From: Octopus bimaculoides
Lineage: Eukaryota
DNA length: 42,668 nucleotides
Reading direction: 5' to 3'
Assembly: GCF_001194135.2 (NCBI RefSeq)
Contig: NC_068983.1
Span: 55,433,867-55,476,534 of the forward strand
Below the pieces are notes generated by a model. The model did not search any database. It was not told the DNA's origin and saw only the letters and a program-made list of their open reading frames with translations. Shown here in pieces: positions 1 through 12,711 of the stretch (position 1 is the stretch's first letter; every line of letters starts with the position of its first letter). The position numbers and the translations under genes were made by a program.

Positions 1-80
1 ATATATGCATATATATATATACATACATACATATATATATATATACATATATATATATGTATGTATATATCTATCTATAA

Positions 81-115
<35 letters not shown>

Positions 116-607
116 CATACATACATATATATATATATACATATATATATATATGTATGTATATATCTATCTATAAATATATAAACGTGTATGTATATAT
201 ACACAAGCATGCACGCTTTTAATTACACGCGCATACATCCGCACTCACACATCAGGCACACACACACATAATTAGTATATAAACACTTCCCCAAGATCGC
301 AAACGCCTTCACACACATCACCACACTAATACAAACACGCACATATCTATGTACACCCCCCCCCTTTTTTTTCTCTCTCTTCATCCATTATCTCTCATTC
401 TCCTCTTCTGTTCGCCGTTTTCTTCTTTCCTCGTCCATGTTATCACCGTAGCTCCTCTCTCGTCCCCCATTCGCACGCATAAATATACCTCAACAACTCC
501 TCACTGTTAGATTGGTATCTCACTTTTACTTAATGGCATCATTATTATCTCTTAGTCAGCTAGAAATAGCAGCAGACTCCCTCAAATATGCCCCACCTTC
601 TTAAGAG

Positions 608-621
608 GAATAATAATAATG

Positions 622-710
<89 letters not shown>

Positions 711-721
711 GGTTGTTATTA

Positions 722-790
<69 letters not shown>
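608..790. repeat. Compound trinucleotide microsatellite (AAT)n(GAT)n(GGT)n(TAT)n(GAT)n
   Basis: Read directly from the sequence; explains the homopolymeric ORFs. Confidence 0.95.
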
Positions 791-838
791 CTTTTAATTG
801 CCACCAGGGTGAAGGATGAAGGGAAAGACAAAAGTGAA

Positions 839-1168
839 GCGGGAGTGGCTGTGTGGTAAGTAGCTTGCTTACCAACGACATGGTTCTGGGTTCAGTCCCA
901 CTGCGTGGCACCTCGGGCAAATATCTTCTACTATAGCCTCGGGCAAACCAAAGCCTTGTTTCTGGATTTGGTAGACGGAAACTGAAAGAAGCCCGTCTAT
1001 TATATATATATATATTTATATATATATATATATAATAATTTTCCAGAGGATGTAGAAATGTTAACATAGAGTGGTGAATAAATCGATATATCGAATTTGA
1101 AGTCTCTGTCTCTTTTGAATATGAAAATTTAAAAGTNNNNNNNNNNNNNNNNNNNNNNNNNNNATATG

Positions 1169-1205
<37 letters not shown>

Positions 1206-1430
1206 TTATGTTTGTGTGTCTGTGTTTGTCTTCCCCCCCAACATCGCTTGACAACCGATGCTGGTGTGTTTACGTCCCCGTAACTTAGCGGTTCGGCAGA
1301 AGTGACCGATAGAATAAGTACTAGGCTTCCAAAGAATAAGTCCTGGGGTCGATTTGCTCGACTAAAGGTGGTGCCGCAGTATGGCCGCAGTCAATGACTG
1401 AAATAAGTAAAAGAGATAAAAGAGTAAAAA
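839..1430 (+). mobile_element. SINE family A (tRNA-like head, CORE-like CCTTGGGCAAGT segment, internal microsatellite, GTAAAAGA tail)
   Basis: Head GTGGCTGTGTGGTAAG...GGTTCAGTCCC and tail GACTGAAATAAGTAAAAGAG recur many times in this window. The middle contains an extra segment and a gap, so this may be two half copies. Confidence 0.8.
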
Positions 1431-1439
1431 GAGAGTGAG

Positions 1440-2360
1440 AGGAAGAACATCTTGAGGCGAGAATACCTCAGAAGAACCAACTTAATTATGGAAAGTAGAC
1501 TCAATGGAAAGAACAATCAGGGCAATGAATACGTGAGTTGTTTCCTTAATGCGGTGCGGCGCATGTGTTGTGGACATAGAAAGAGCTGAAGGAAAGGAAT
1601 AGAAAAAAAAAACAGGGAAGTGATGACAATGAACAAGGAAGTGCATCCTAAAGGCGATACCGATAGAATGTATGTGTCTCGATAAAAAGGCCGAAGAGAT
1701 CTCATAGGATTCATGATTTGTGTCATCAATGGGGGAAACAGTCTGGATTGGTGCATGAAGCTACAGATTTAATCTTTGTTCGTCGCTGTTCGAAACCTGG
1801 CTAAAATGTAACACTCCAAAAAATATTTTAGAAACAAGATGAAGAAGCAAGATTAAACAACTGAAAAATGAAAACAATGCATGGACAATACCTCAGAGAA
1901 ATCGAAGGTAAAACCAAGACTAACACCCAGAGGTGGTTAAGAAAAAGTGATCTGAAAGGATGTTCTGAGGTATTGATAGGCAACGCCCAGTTACAAACTC
2001 TGGAAACTAATTACACCAATTTCCAAATCGATAAGAGCAGTGGATCACTCCTTTGTAGGATGTGTGGCAGCAAAAACGAAATAATCTCACATGTTGTGAG
2101 TGAGTGTAGCAAACTGGCCCAAAAGGAATAGAAAAGGAGAGACGGTAACGTGGCTAAGTATGTTAACAGAAGATTGCGTGAGAAGAAGGGTCTTGAAAGC
2201 GCACGGAAATAGTACGAACATAATCCGGAAGGTACCACTGAGAACAATGAATATAAGTTCTTATGAGATTTTACAATCCAATATGACTCGGAGTTTGATG
2301 CTCGGAGACCAGACGTTGTTGTAGTTGGTAAAAACAAGTAGGAAACCAAGATTACATCGA
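1440..2360 (+). mobile_element. Decayed 3' part of an RLE-type non-LTR retrotransposon (R4/Dong-like)
   Basis: Translations give EVHPKGDTDRMYVSR, MHGQYLRE, CRMCGSKNEIISHVVSEC (CCHC), YEHNPE and RRPDVVVVGK (restriction-like endonuclease PD motif). Several stops and frameshifts are present. Confidence 0.8.
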
Positions 2361-2364
2361 CTTC

Positions 2365-2748
2365 AGTACTCAGTTGGTACCTATTTTAGTGATTCCGAAA
2401 AGATGAAAGGCAAAGTCGACATCGGCGAAATTTCAGCTTAGAATGTAGAAACAAACGAAATGTCGCTCGGCATTTCGTCAGGTGAGCTAACAGTTCCGCC
2501 AGTTCGCCACCTTCGTAATAATAATGATAATAATTATTATTTCTATAATAGGCACAAGGCCTGAAATTTGTGGGGAGGGGATTAATCGATTATATCGACC
2601 CAGTGTTTCACTGGTACTCAATTTATTCACCTCGAAAGAATAAAAGGCAAAGTTGACCTTGGTGGAGTTTGAACTCAGAACGTAGTGACGGGCGAAATAC
2701 CGCTTAGCATTACGTCCAGCGTGCTACCGATTCCGCCAGCTCACTGCC
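2365..2748 (-). mobile_element. Two tandem SINE family B copies
   Basis: Reverse complement of GGCGAGCTGGCAGAA...GAGTTCAAATTCCGCCGAGGTCGACTTTGCC occurs twice (about 2365-2512 and 2540-2748). Confidence 0.8.
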
Positions 2749-2949
2749 TTCATTACCAAATGTATATCGATGAAATACAATATTCCAGACAAACAGACGA
2801 TGAGGTCAATATTTGATTGACCTTTGATCAATAGATTTGAAGGCCTCTTTTTGTAATTTATAATATAAAATTGTTGGCAACTTATAGTAGAGGGAACTGT
2901 TAAGAAATAGAGCAAAAGTGAACACAAATATATGGGTATTTTTAAGGCA

Positions 2950-3160
2950 TTGAGCTAACAGGATCGTTAGCACGTCGGGCAAATTGCTTAGCGGCATTTC
3001 ATTTTTTTTATATTCTGCGTTCAAATTCCGCCGAGGTCGGCTTTGCCATTCGTCATTTCGGGGTCGATAAAATAAGCGCTACTTGAGTACTGGCGTCGAT
3101 GTAATTGACTAGCCCGCTCCCTCAAAATTGCAGGCCTTGTGCCAAAATTTGGAACCAGTA
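2950..3160 (+). mobile_element. SINE B
   Basis: CGTTAGCACGTCGGGC...GGCCTTGTGCCAAAATTTGGAACC; inverted relative to the preceding copies. Confidence 0.8.
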
Positions 3161-3252
3161 ATATGTGCATTTTTCAACAGCAAGCATAAGATTTCCACGA
3201 AGTAGTATATTCAGTTCACACACACACACATAAATTTTCATGTGTGTATGTG

Positions 3253-3298
<46 letters not shown>

Positions 3299-3769
3299 NN
3301 NNNNNNNNNNNNNNNNNNNNNNNNNNNNNNNNNNNNNNNNNNNNNNNNNNNNNNNNNNNNNNNNNNNNNNNNNNNNNNNNNNNNNNNNNNNNNNNNNNNN
3401 NNNNNNNNNNNNNNNNNNNNNNNNNNNNNNNNNNNNNNNNNNNNNNNNNNNNNNNNNNNNNNNNNNNNNNNNNNNNNNNNNNNNNNNNNNNNNNNNNNNN
3501 NNNNNNNNNNNNNNNNNNNNNNNNNNNNNNNNNNNNNNNNNNNNNNNNNNNNNNNNNNNNNNNNNNNNNNNNNNNNNNNNNNNNNNNNNNNNNNNNNNNN
3601 NNNNNNNNNNNNNNNNNNNNNNNNNNNNNNNNNNNNNNNNNNNNNNNNNNNNNNNNNNNNNNNNNNNNNNNNNNNNNNNNNNNNNNNNNNNNNNNNNNNN
3701 NNNNNNNNNNNNNNNNNNNNNNNNNNNNNNNNNNNNNNNNNNNNNNNNNNNNNNNNNNNNNNNNNNNNN

Positions 3770-3807
<38 letters not shown>

Positions 3808-5379
3808 TGAAATCAGAACAGACACTGCTCTAAATATAAAGCATTCAAACTGACATTCTCCGGTCTCGAAAATAGATCCTCTACTCCATTACGCTTAAAA
3901 CAGATTTAGAAAGGTGACGCTTAATGTTAACTATTTCAACCTACCTAATATACCACCAACCAGACAGTTAACCCACCAGCCAGCCCGCCAGCCAGTAACC
4001 CAGCCAACGAGTCAACCAGCCACACAGACAGGCAGTTACTCATTCATCTTGTCACTCAGTTGTGTTGGCCAACCACCCAACCAAACAACATGGAAGTCGG
4101 TTAGATGTATGTAAAGATCAAAATAGATAAAAAGTTAGGTGTGAAAAGCGAGGATGTGGAGCTGTGTTCTGTGTTAGACCCTCGTAAAGATTTGGATGTA
4201 GAAAGAGCTAAGCACAACTAGAATACGATAACATAATCGCAAGAGTGAAGATTTGCATACACTACACATACAAACACACACACACACACTCACAAACACA
4301 CACACATACATACACACACTAGCACACACGCACACACAGAAACACACACATAGTATATTTTATTATAAGTGTGTATATATGTGAGCATGGGTCCACCGTC
4401 AAAAACCGCGTGTGTGTGTGTCTGTATCTGTGTGTTCGTGTGTGTATGTGTGTGTTGTATGTATATGTGTGCGCGTATGTGTGTATATATCTATGTATAA
4501 TGAAATTATCAAGATAATCAACACGAGTTAAAATAAATTGAAAATAAAAAAGAAAATTATTGCACTGATAAGTATATGATAAAGTTCCATGATAAAAAGT
4601 TTGAGGTTCATATATGCATCATAAAAAATTCTTTCATCTTTTATACCGGTTTCACGTTTTTAAAGATAATCTTGACTATGTTGTAGTCTCGTGACCAAGT
4701 GTTGTCGCCAGCATCAAAAGATATAATAAATGAATGTCGATATAATAATAACAAGGGCTAGAATAATTGAATGGCGTTTATACTATCAAGGGGGAGGGGG
4801 TAAAAAATATCGTGTTCTCGTGCAAGACACTAAATTACTTGTTGCGTGAGAATAATAAGCTGTTAACGAGTAAAATGGCATCAGATGATTAATTCTACAA
4901 TGAAATGATCTCCCAATTACAGGGATTCAATGTTTCTCGGCATGAATGCCTAGAAAATTCAGCTGAAGCTACTTTAGTTCTCATTACCGTTCCAGATTTT
5001 TGTGGAAAACCATATTAACATCAAAGATAACATATTTATTTTAGAGAATAAATTTCGATCTTTCAAGCATTCATTTTTCTTCAATATATTCTGATAATTT
5101 TTCCGCATAATTTTACCGTTTCTAGTCTATAATCCAAAACAATCATTAAATATAAATTTCTTACATCAACAGATAGAAGATTTACTTTTCATTTGTCATT
5201 TTCAGAAGATAATTTAATATATCTTGGTCGAATCTAAATTAATGGAACCTTTGCAAGTTCCACTTCAGCGTTTTGTGAAGTTTAGTAAGCTAAGGGAAAT
5301 ACAAGATATGCATTTCAGATCATATTTCGTATGTGTATTTCGTGTGCAAGATTCTTGATGTGGATACGTGTGTTGAAAG

Positions 5380-5865
5380 AAATACAATTAAACCTCGGGA
5401 GAGGCATTATGCCGGTAATAAATGCACGCACTGGTTCAGTCCTTTATTAATTTATATAGTTTTTTGTTAAATTATTTCATTGCACTCTTGCAATCTCTTC
5501 AGTAACTTGTCTCTCCACTTCCATTTATTTTGAATATATGATCTAGCGTTGTTTTGGCGTTGTTTCGAAACTGTTTGGTATGAGCATGTGAGTGTGTGCA
5601 AGCTCGTATGTGTGCACGCTCATATGTGTGCACGCACTTATGTGTTCGTGCTTATATGTAAGTATGTGCGTCCATATGTGTGTTTGTAAAAAACAACGCC
5701 AGATCATATATTCAAAATAAATGGAAGTGGAGAGACAAGTTACTGAAGAGATTGCAAGAGTGCAATGAAATAATTTAACAAAAAACTATATAAATTAATA
5801 AAGGACTGAACCAGTGCGTGTGTTTATTACCGGCATAATGCCTCTCCCAAGGTTTAATTGCATTT
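5380..5865. repeat. Long inverted repeat (foldback/MITE)
   Basis: Arms 5380-5555 and 5690-5865 (about 176 bp) have only a few mismatches. The 134-bp loop holds ATGTGTGCACGCTC-like repeats. Confidence 0.9.
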
Positions 5866-6027
5866 AAAATCAGTTATAATCATATTTTTACCGTTTAATT
5901 CTTTTCAGTACAAGGATAACAAGATTGTAAGCTTTTCATTATATTCTACTGGTTGTAGTTTTTATCCTTTAAGGTATTATATATTGTCCTCTAGCTTAAA
6001 TAAAACAATTATTTTGCACTACTCACT

Positions 6028-6388
6028 GTAGACGTGGCTGTGTGGTAAAAGGCTTGCTTCCCAACCACATAGTTCTGGGTTCAGACCTATTGCGTGGCAC
6101 CTTGGGCAAGTGTCTTCTACTACAACCTCGGGCCAACCAAAGCCTTGTGAATGGATTTGGTAGCCGGACACTGAAAGAAACGTGTCGTACATATGTGCGG
6201 GTTTGTACCCAACCACTGCTTGACAACCGATGTTGGTTTGTTTACGTCCTGTAACTTAACAGTTCGACAAGAGGCCGACAGAATTATACAAAGCTTTACA
6301 AAATGTCCTGGGGGTCGATTCTTTCGACTAAATCCACCAATGCGGTGCTCTAGCATGGCCGCATTATGAGTAAATGATTAAAAAGAAA
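6028..6388 (+). mobile_element. SINE A, diverged copy without a long microsatellite
   Basis: Same head and tail as the other A copies; the middle is only CGTACATATGTGCG. Confidence 0.8.
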
Positions 6389-6670
6389 CTTTAAAAGGTA
6401 TCCATTGAAATAACTACAGTCCCATTTCCGGTTTCTTTAATTATCAATTCAGTTGTTTTGCTTTCCACAACTGCTGATGTTTGACTTAATTAATTAACAA
6501 GCAGTTTATTCGTACCTTTTGAAGATGAATAACTGTTTATATTTCTTAACAGCCATTTCATCATCATTATTCTAACGAAACTAATCTTCACTGAGTCGCA
6601 GTTTTCAACAAAATTCTGAGACATCGTCCTTCATTTTATTCATTCAATCTTCGAGCTGTGGAGGCCAATT

Positions 6671-6871
6671 TTACTCTTTTACTTGTTTCAGTCATTTGAC
6701 TGTGACCATGCTGGAGCACCGCCTTTAGTCGAGCAAATCGACCCCAGGACTTATTCTTTGTAAGCCTAGAACTTATTCTATCGGTCACTTTTGCCGAACC
6801 GCGAAGTTACGGGGACGTAAACACACCAGCATCGGTTGTCAAACGATGTTGAGGGGACAAGCACAGGCACA

Positions 6872-6963
<92 letters not shown>

Positions 6964-7134
6964 CATATATACGACGGGCTTCTTTCAGTTTCCGTCTACC
7001 AAATTCACTCACAAGGCTTTGGTCGGCTCGAGGCTATAGTAGAAGGCACTTGCCCAAAGTGCCACGTAGTGGGAATGAACCCAGAACCATGTGGATCGTA
7101 AGCAAGCTACTTACCACACAGCCACTCATGCACC
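6671..7134 (-). mobile_element. SINE A, full length
   Basis: Reverse-complement head and tail with an internal (CA)n(TA)n tract. Confidence 0.85.
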
Positions 7135-7164
7135 TATAATTATTATATAGATTTTTTTTTTTAT

Positions 7165-7400
7165 CTTTTCTATTGCTTGTTTCAGTCATTGGAATGCGGC
7201 CATACTAGAGCACCGCCTTGAGGTGATTAATTGAGCAAATCGAATCTAGAGATTATTTTGAAGTGTGGTTCTTATTCTATCGGATCACTTTTGCCGAAAC
7301 GCTAATTCACGGGGACCTGAACGAAACAGCACTGGTTGTCAATTGATGTTGGTTGGGAGAAACAAACATGATACAAATGCGAAGATACACACACACACAC

Positions 7401-7451
<51 letters not shown>

Positions 7452-7620
7452 TGAATACATACACGACCGGTTTCCACACGGTTTCTGCTTACGAAATTCA
7501 TTGACAAGGCATTGGTCAGCTCAGGGTTATAGTAGAAGACACTTGTCCATGATATCACGCGGTGAGGTTGAGCCAGGAAGTATATGGTTACAAAGCAAGC
7601 TTCTTAATCACGCAGCCATA
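7165..7620 (-). mobile_element. SINE A, diverged
   Basis: Diverged reverse-complement head and tail, in tandem with the previous copy. Confidence 0.7.
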
Positions 7621-8524
7621 ATGTCTTCTATGATAAATTCATTTTATTCCCCTTTGTTTCTCTTGTTTGTTTCGTGGCATCGGTTTCTCTGTTCTTCTGG
7701 ATAGGGCTTAATACACGGTTATCATGAAAGCGTGGGTCTGAATTGTGATTACTTCAAACTCCATTAGTGTAATCTGTACTCGATTTTATAATTTAATTAA
7801 TGCACTTTCCGATTCTATATTCCTTGGACGAGATTCAAAGTTATTGCGTTGATTATTTCTTACTTAAGGCGAAAAGTTGTGGTTTCTATCTTTGACATTA
7901 TTTTTTTTCTTATAACTATTTATAATACAAGTTTATATTTAGTACAACTGACGTAAGTAAATTAAAACCGCTTTTCTACTTCAAAAACAACCAACAAACA
8001 CGAAAGGATATTGGAAAAAAAAAACATAATTTGGCTGATACTGATTAAGGTTAAACTTATAATTTGGAGAAATGGTTTTACTGATATGTCTGCAGAAAGC
8101 CAAGTCATAAAGGATGAGAGAGAGAGAGAGAGAGAGTAAGCTATCTCGTAGTGAATACTAAAATTAATTTTTTTGTAGGCGAAATCATCAATAAAAAATA
8201 AATACCAGATCCACATTTTGATAAAAATATTAAAATTAGAACATTTAAGAATTTTCTTGACAGTGTGGTCTATTATAGTTGTTTTTATTTTAGTAAAAGT
8301 TACATACGCTCAACAGCTTTCTATGTTATAGTACAGGTATGAGTTGTTCTTCCTGATCTGATAATGAATGGTTTTCTTTCGTGGTATTCTTCTGGATAAT
8401 TACAATGCGATCTTTTTAAGAATTATATAAACGTTTCTGAAGAAAGTTTTTCACTTATGTTCTTCAGGAATAAGTTGACGAAATTGCATTTCCATTTTGT
8501 TCCATTTTAAATTTGACCTCATAC

Positions 8525-8629
8525 TTGCAAAACTATTTATCGCGATGACAAGAGTTCGATTCTTCATTGGCTTAATTTGCGCAGTATTTGTCTCCATCTT
8601 TCCTTTTGCTGAATTCAATATGCATTTGT
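8525..8629 (-). other. Candidate orphan internal exon (phase 1-1, 105 nt)
   Basis: Acceptor gtttttcatttcatag| and donor GCAA|GTATGA. Open in one frame (KCILNSAKGKMETNTAQIKPMKNRTLVIAINSFA). No homology or partner exon was recognised. Confidence 0.2.
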
Positions 8630-8750
8630 CTATGAAATGAAAAACGAATGACCGTTGAATGAGATGCCGTGCAGCATGTCTCGACTCTGCGCGATCCAAA
8701 ATCAAATCCGAGCTACTATCATTAGAACACCGCCCCCACCCCCACCCACT

Positions 8751-9059
8751 TTACTCTTTTACTTATTTCAGTCATTTGACTGCGGTCATGCTGGAGCACC
8801 GCCTTTAGTCGAACAAATCGACCCCAGGACTTATTCTTTGTAAGCCTAGTGCTTATTCTATCGGGCACTTTTGCCGAAACGCTAATTTACAGGGACGTAA
8901 ACACAACAGCATCGGTTGTCAAAGCGATATTGGCGAGACAAACCCAGACACACAAACATATACATACATATATACATACACGACAGACTTCTTTCAGTTT
9001 CCGTCTACCAAATCCACTCACAAGGCTTTGGTCGGCCCGAGGCTATAGCAGAAGATACC
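8751..9059 (-). mobile_element. SINE A, 5'-truncated
   Basis: Tail and middle are present; the match ends at GCTATAGCAGAAGATAC. Confidence 0.8.
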
Positions 9060-9720
9060 ATGTGGTTGGTAATCCAAAATTTTAAAAAATGGAATGGAAT
9101 TGAGAAGTCCTTAAATACACGTCAAAATATTTCAACTGAATACTCTTTTTACCAGTATACAAACGATAGGATAGGGTGAATATATATATGTGTGTGTGTG
9201 TGTGTGTGCGAGCGTACAGACAGAAAGAGAGAGATATATATTTATAAATGTATACATATATATACATACATATGTATTATCGTGTATACATACACACACA
9301 CACACACACACATGTATGTATAATCGTCTGTATACGTGTGTATGTGTGCATTATATCTTATACACACAGAAGCATATCATAAAGAAATTTGCGTGATTCA
9401 CATGAACAAAAAGAACAAAAGTTGACAAAAAAGTGAAAAATAACAAAAGAAAACGTATTCAACCCACAAGTTAACTTGATGTAATGCATAGCTATATATC
9501 TAAGCGCACGGATAACTTAGACATTCTTCAGAGAATTTTGGCAAACTCCATGGAGGGTTTTGTTGAAATCAGGAAACAAGATAATATTTCGGTGAATGCT
9601 CTCAAACCATGAGAGCTTTCATGGTTGGAAAGCACTCATGTCTTTCAAACAATGAGTTTGAAAGTGTCTAATGTTTGATATAGAAAAACCGACTCCTTTA
9701 GAAGCTGCAATGATGGAAGA

Positions 9721-10282
9721 TAAATCTCATCTCATCTAGGTCGTCCCATGGGACGCCCCAAAGCTGTTTCTACATGTTTTCCCTATTTCTCTCGATCTTC
9801 TATAATTGTTCTCAGCTCTTGTTCTCAGCTCTTCCACACCAGTATCCTCCAGCAAGTTGTCGATATAGCTCATCTTCCTCCTTCCTCTCTTGGTTCTTCC
9901 TTCTGTTGGTTACCAGAGCACTAGCTTGTTAGCAATTTCATCGGTATGTCTGATGCAGTGTCCAGCTAGCCTCATCCTTCTATGCTGTATCTTCAATGTT
10001 ACTTTTGGTAGTCCCTGGTACAAGTGTCGGCAGGAGACATTGAATGCCATTCTAAGTATCCTTATATAATAACCGTCCAACTGTGAGCGTCCATGTTTCA
10101 GCTCCGTATAGAAGAACAGACTCCACTGTTGCCAGAAACACCCTCACTTTCAATTTTCTTGCTAACTTTGAACTCCATATCTTTCTCAATTTATGGTATG
10201 TGCCCCAGGCAAGAGCTTTCCTTGCTACGATGTCTCTTTCAGTACTTTGCGTCCACATACCAAGGTATTTAAAGGAAAGTAG
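9721..10282 (-). mobile_element. 5'-truncated RTE-clade LINE 3' end
   Basis: FKYLG...KLRKIWSSKL...ESVLLYGAETWTLT / LDGYYIRILRMAFNVS...RMRLAGHC...GRRKMSYID. The ORF stops at GGGACGACCTAG and is followed by an (ATGAG)n tail. Confidence 0.85.
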
Positions 10283-10286
10283 ATGA

Positions 10287-10712
10287 TAGGCGTGGTTGTG
10301 TGACAAGAAGCTCGCTTCCCAACCGCATGATTCCGGTTCAGCCCCACTGTATAGCACCTTGGACAAATGTCTTCTACTATGGTCTCGGGTTTTCCAAAGC
10401 CTTGTGAGTGGATTTTGTAAACGGAAATTGAAAGAAGCCCGTCGTGCGTGCATTTGCGCATGTGTGTGTGTGTGTGTGTGTGTGTGTATGCGCGCCTTTC
10501 AGTTTGTACCCCACAACCACTTGACAACCGGTGCTGGTGTATATACGACCCCCGTAACTTAACGGTTCGGCAAAAGGGTTTGATAAAATAAGTACCAAGC
10601 TTTAAAAATTGTGCTGGGGTCGATTCCTTCGACTAAAATTCTTCAAGTCGGTGCCCCAGTATTGCTGCCGTCTAATGACTGAAACAAGTAAAAAATATAA
10701 AATAAAAGATGA
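10287..10712 (+). mobile_element. SINE A
   Basis: Head, (TG)n and tail; abuts the truncated 5' end of the RTE fragment. Confidence 0.8.
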
Positions 10713-10859
10713 AAATTGTTGCTGTCGTTGTTGTTGTTGTTGTTTTTGTTTTTGGTTAGTTCCAAGTCCATTGGAAGTAAAGTCGGACGAAATGACGCTA
10801 TGCATTTTGTCCGACGTTCAAACAACTCTGCTAGCTCGCCACCTTAACACGTAAATGCC

Positions 10860-11010
10860 GGTTTCAAATTTTGGCACTAGGCCTGCAATTTCCAGAGAGG
10901 GAAAACTTAATCTATTGAACCCGAAAGGTTAAAAGGCAAAGTTGACTTCAGCAGAATTTGAACTCTGAACGTAGAAACGGACGAAATGCCGTTGAGCATT
11001 TCGTCCGGCC
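10860..11010 (-). mobile_element. SINE B, partial
   Basis: AAAGGCAAAGTTGAC...GAATTTGAACTC...CATTTCGTCCGG. Confidence 0.7.
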
Positions 11011-11579
11011 TGAACACGTAAACTGATTTTAATATTAGTTTCATTTGACAATATTTGATCCGGAACCTTTTACGTATTGAAGAGATCAAACTGAAGTATC
11101 TAATTACTTATGCATTCTAAAGCTAATTTCGTCTTCCTTTGAACTCAGTACATGACTTTTATATTTGCTATTTCATACTCAGGTTAATAGACACAAAAGT
11201 GAATGCGCGTATGATGTGCGCACGATGAGTCTATGATGTTCGTCCGTATTTCTGTGTGGCGAGGGAGGTGTAACAATATATAAGGAAAGAAATTAATTAA
11301 GATCAAGTGTGATGTCTATACCGAATTTTCTAATTACTTTTGCATTAATATTAATTAGTTTCTTCTTTGAAGCTACTATTCTTTCAGAAGTCAGTTTCAG
11401 ATCCTGCCGCTCTTAGACCGTTCGTTCGAGAACCTTCTCTCTTAAATCTGAGCTCATTTTCCTTGACAAACACTATAAAAGTAAGGTAGATATTAAAGAT
11501 GTCCGGAAATTCGACCTTTCTTACTGATTCTGTATAAGAAATAGCATTGAATAATTCTTTCTGTAATCGCTAACCTCTG

Positions 11580-11712
11580 AGTGTGTGTGTTTGTGTGTAT
11601 GTTACTCTGTGTGTGTGTTACTGTGTATGCTTGTTACTGTGTGTGTGTGTTACTCTGTATGTGTGTGTGTTACTCTGTGTGTGTGTGTGTGTGTGTGCGT
11701 GTGTGTGTGAGT
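11580..11712. repeat. (GT)n-TTACTCT minisatellite
   Basis: About five GTTACT(C)TGT units separated by (GT)n. Confidence 0.75.
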
Positions 11713-11901
11713 CTGGTACCAGCAAACCGAGATTTTAGATAGTTACTTTACGGCCGGAGTATTGTAAGATCGAATCTTCTTGTCGGTCAAAAGATACAAC
11801 TGTCATTTGCTTCCTAATGTGTATGTGTGCGTGTGTGCGCGCGCGTATGTGTGTGTGTGTGTGTGTGCGTGTGTATTTGTGTATGTGTGTGTGTGCGTAT
11901 G

Positions 11902-12135
11902 ATATTGATTTCAGTCTTTAAACTTCAGCCGTGCTGGGGCATCGGGATGAAGAATTTTAGTACATTTTCCTTCTCATTAAAAGCCCGGTACTTATATCGG
12001 TGTCTTTTGCCGAACTGCTACGTTACGGAGGCGTAAACACACCAATACGAGTTGTCAAGCAGTGCTGGGGCAAAAATACAGACACAAAGACAAACACATG
12101 CACACAGTCACGTACACGCACACACACACACACAC
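11902..12135 (-). mobile_element. SINE A tail half
   Basis: Diverged tail plus (CA)n. Confidence 0.6.
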
Positions 12136-12371
12136 ATAGTGATAGACACTATGGCCTGTAGGTAGAATGTAAGAAGATACTCTTATACCAGAGATCTGCA
12201 ACAAAAGGGATTCCGCTAAAGGAACCCAGGGCCATGTGCTGTGTTAAACATAGTATTTTTTTTTTACACGATGTGGTGTGTTAAACAGAATATTAAACCA
12301 TGTGGTGGTGTTAAACAGAGTATTACAGGATGTTATAGAGTTTAACACCACTACATGGTGGTGGTGTTGAA

Positions 12372-12655
12372 TGAGCACGTGGTTTTGTGGTTAGAGTACT
12401 CTAAGACCGTGGGTTCGATTCTTGGCGGTATGTTGCGTCTTTGAGCAAGACACTTTATTTCATGTTGCTCCTGTTAACTCAGCTGGCAAAATTGAGTTGT
12501 GCCTGTATTTCAATGGGCCAGCCTTGTCACACTCTGTGTCACACTGAATCCCCTTCAGAACTACGTTTAGAATACAGTTCTCAGCCACTTGCACGTTAAG
12601 TTCAAGAGCAGGCTGTTCCGTTGATCGGATCAACTGGAACCCTCGTCGCAGTAGC
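12372..12655 (+). mobile_element. SINE C variant with an alternative middle segment
   Basis: Head GTGGTTAGAGTA...GGTTCGATTC and tail TTGATCGGATCAACTGGAACCCTCGTCG. Confidence 0.75.
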
Positions 12656-12711
12656 GTTTTAAGTATACTACTAGATTTGCAGTTTTACGACAGTGTGGGA
12701 AATGTATTATA

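Noticed and set aside
582-1067. ORFs with poly-I/N/D/H/Y runs
   Set aside because: These are translations of trinucleotide microsatellites; the same applies to 27055-27655 and 31679-32171.
3238-3833. Long ORFs spanning N runs (also 28721-29554 and 38059-39065)
   Set aside because: They are open only because X is not a stop; the flanks are dinucleotide repeats.
5206-5284. Plus-strand acceptor/donor pair with MEPLQVPLQRFVKF
   Set aside because: No partner exons or homology; chance occurrence is plausible.
6019-7139. Recurrent peptides such as [27 protein letters not shown]
   Set aside because: They are antisense translations of the SINE A head, not a protein family.
12236-12372. CRISPR-like appearance of spaced repeats
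   Set aside because: The repeats are degenerate, the spacers are only a few nt, the context is eukaryotic, and there are no cas genes.
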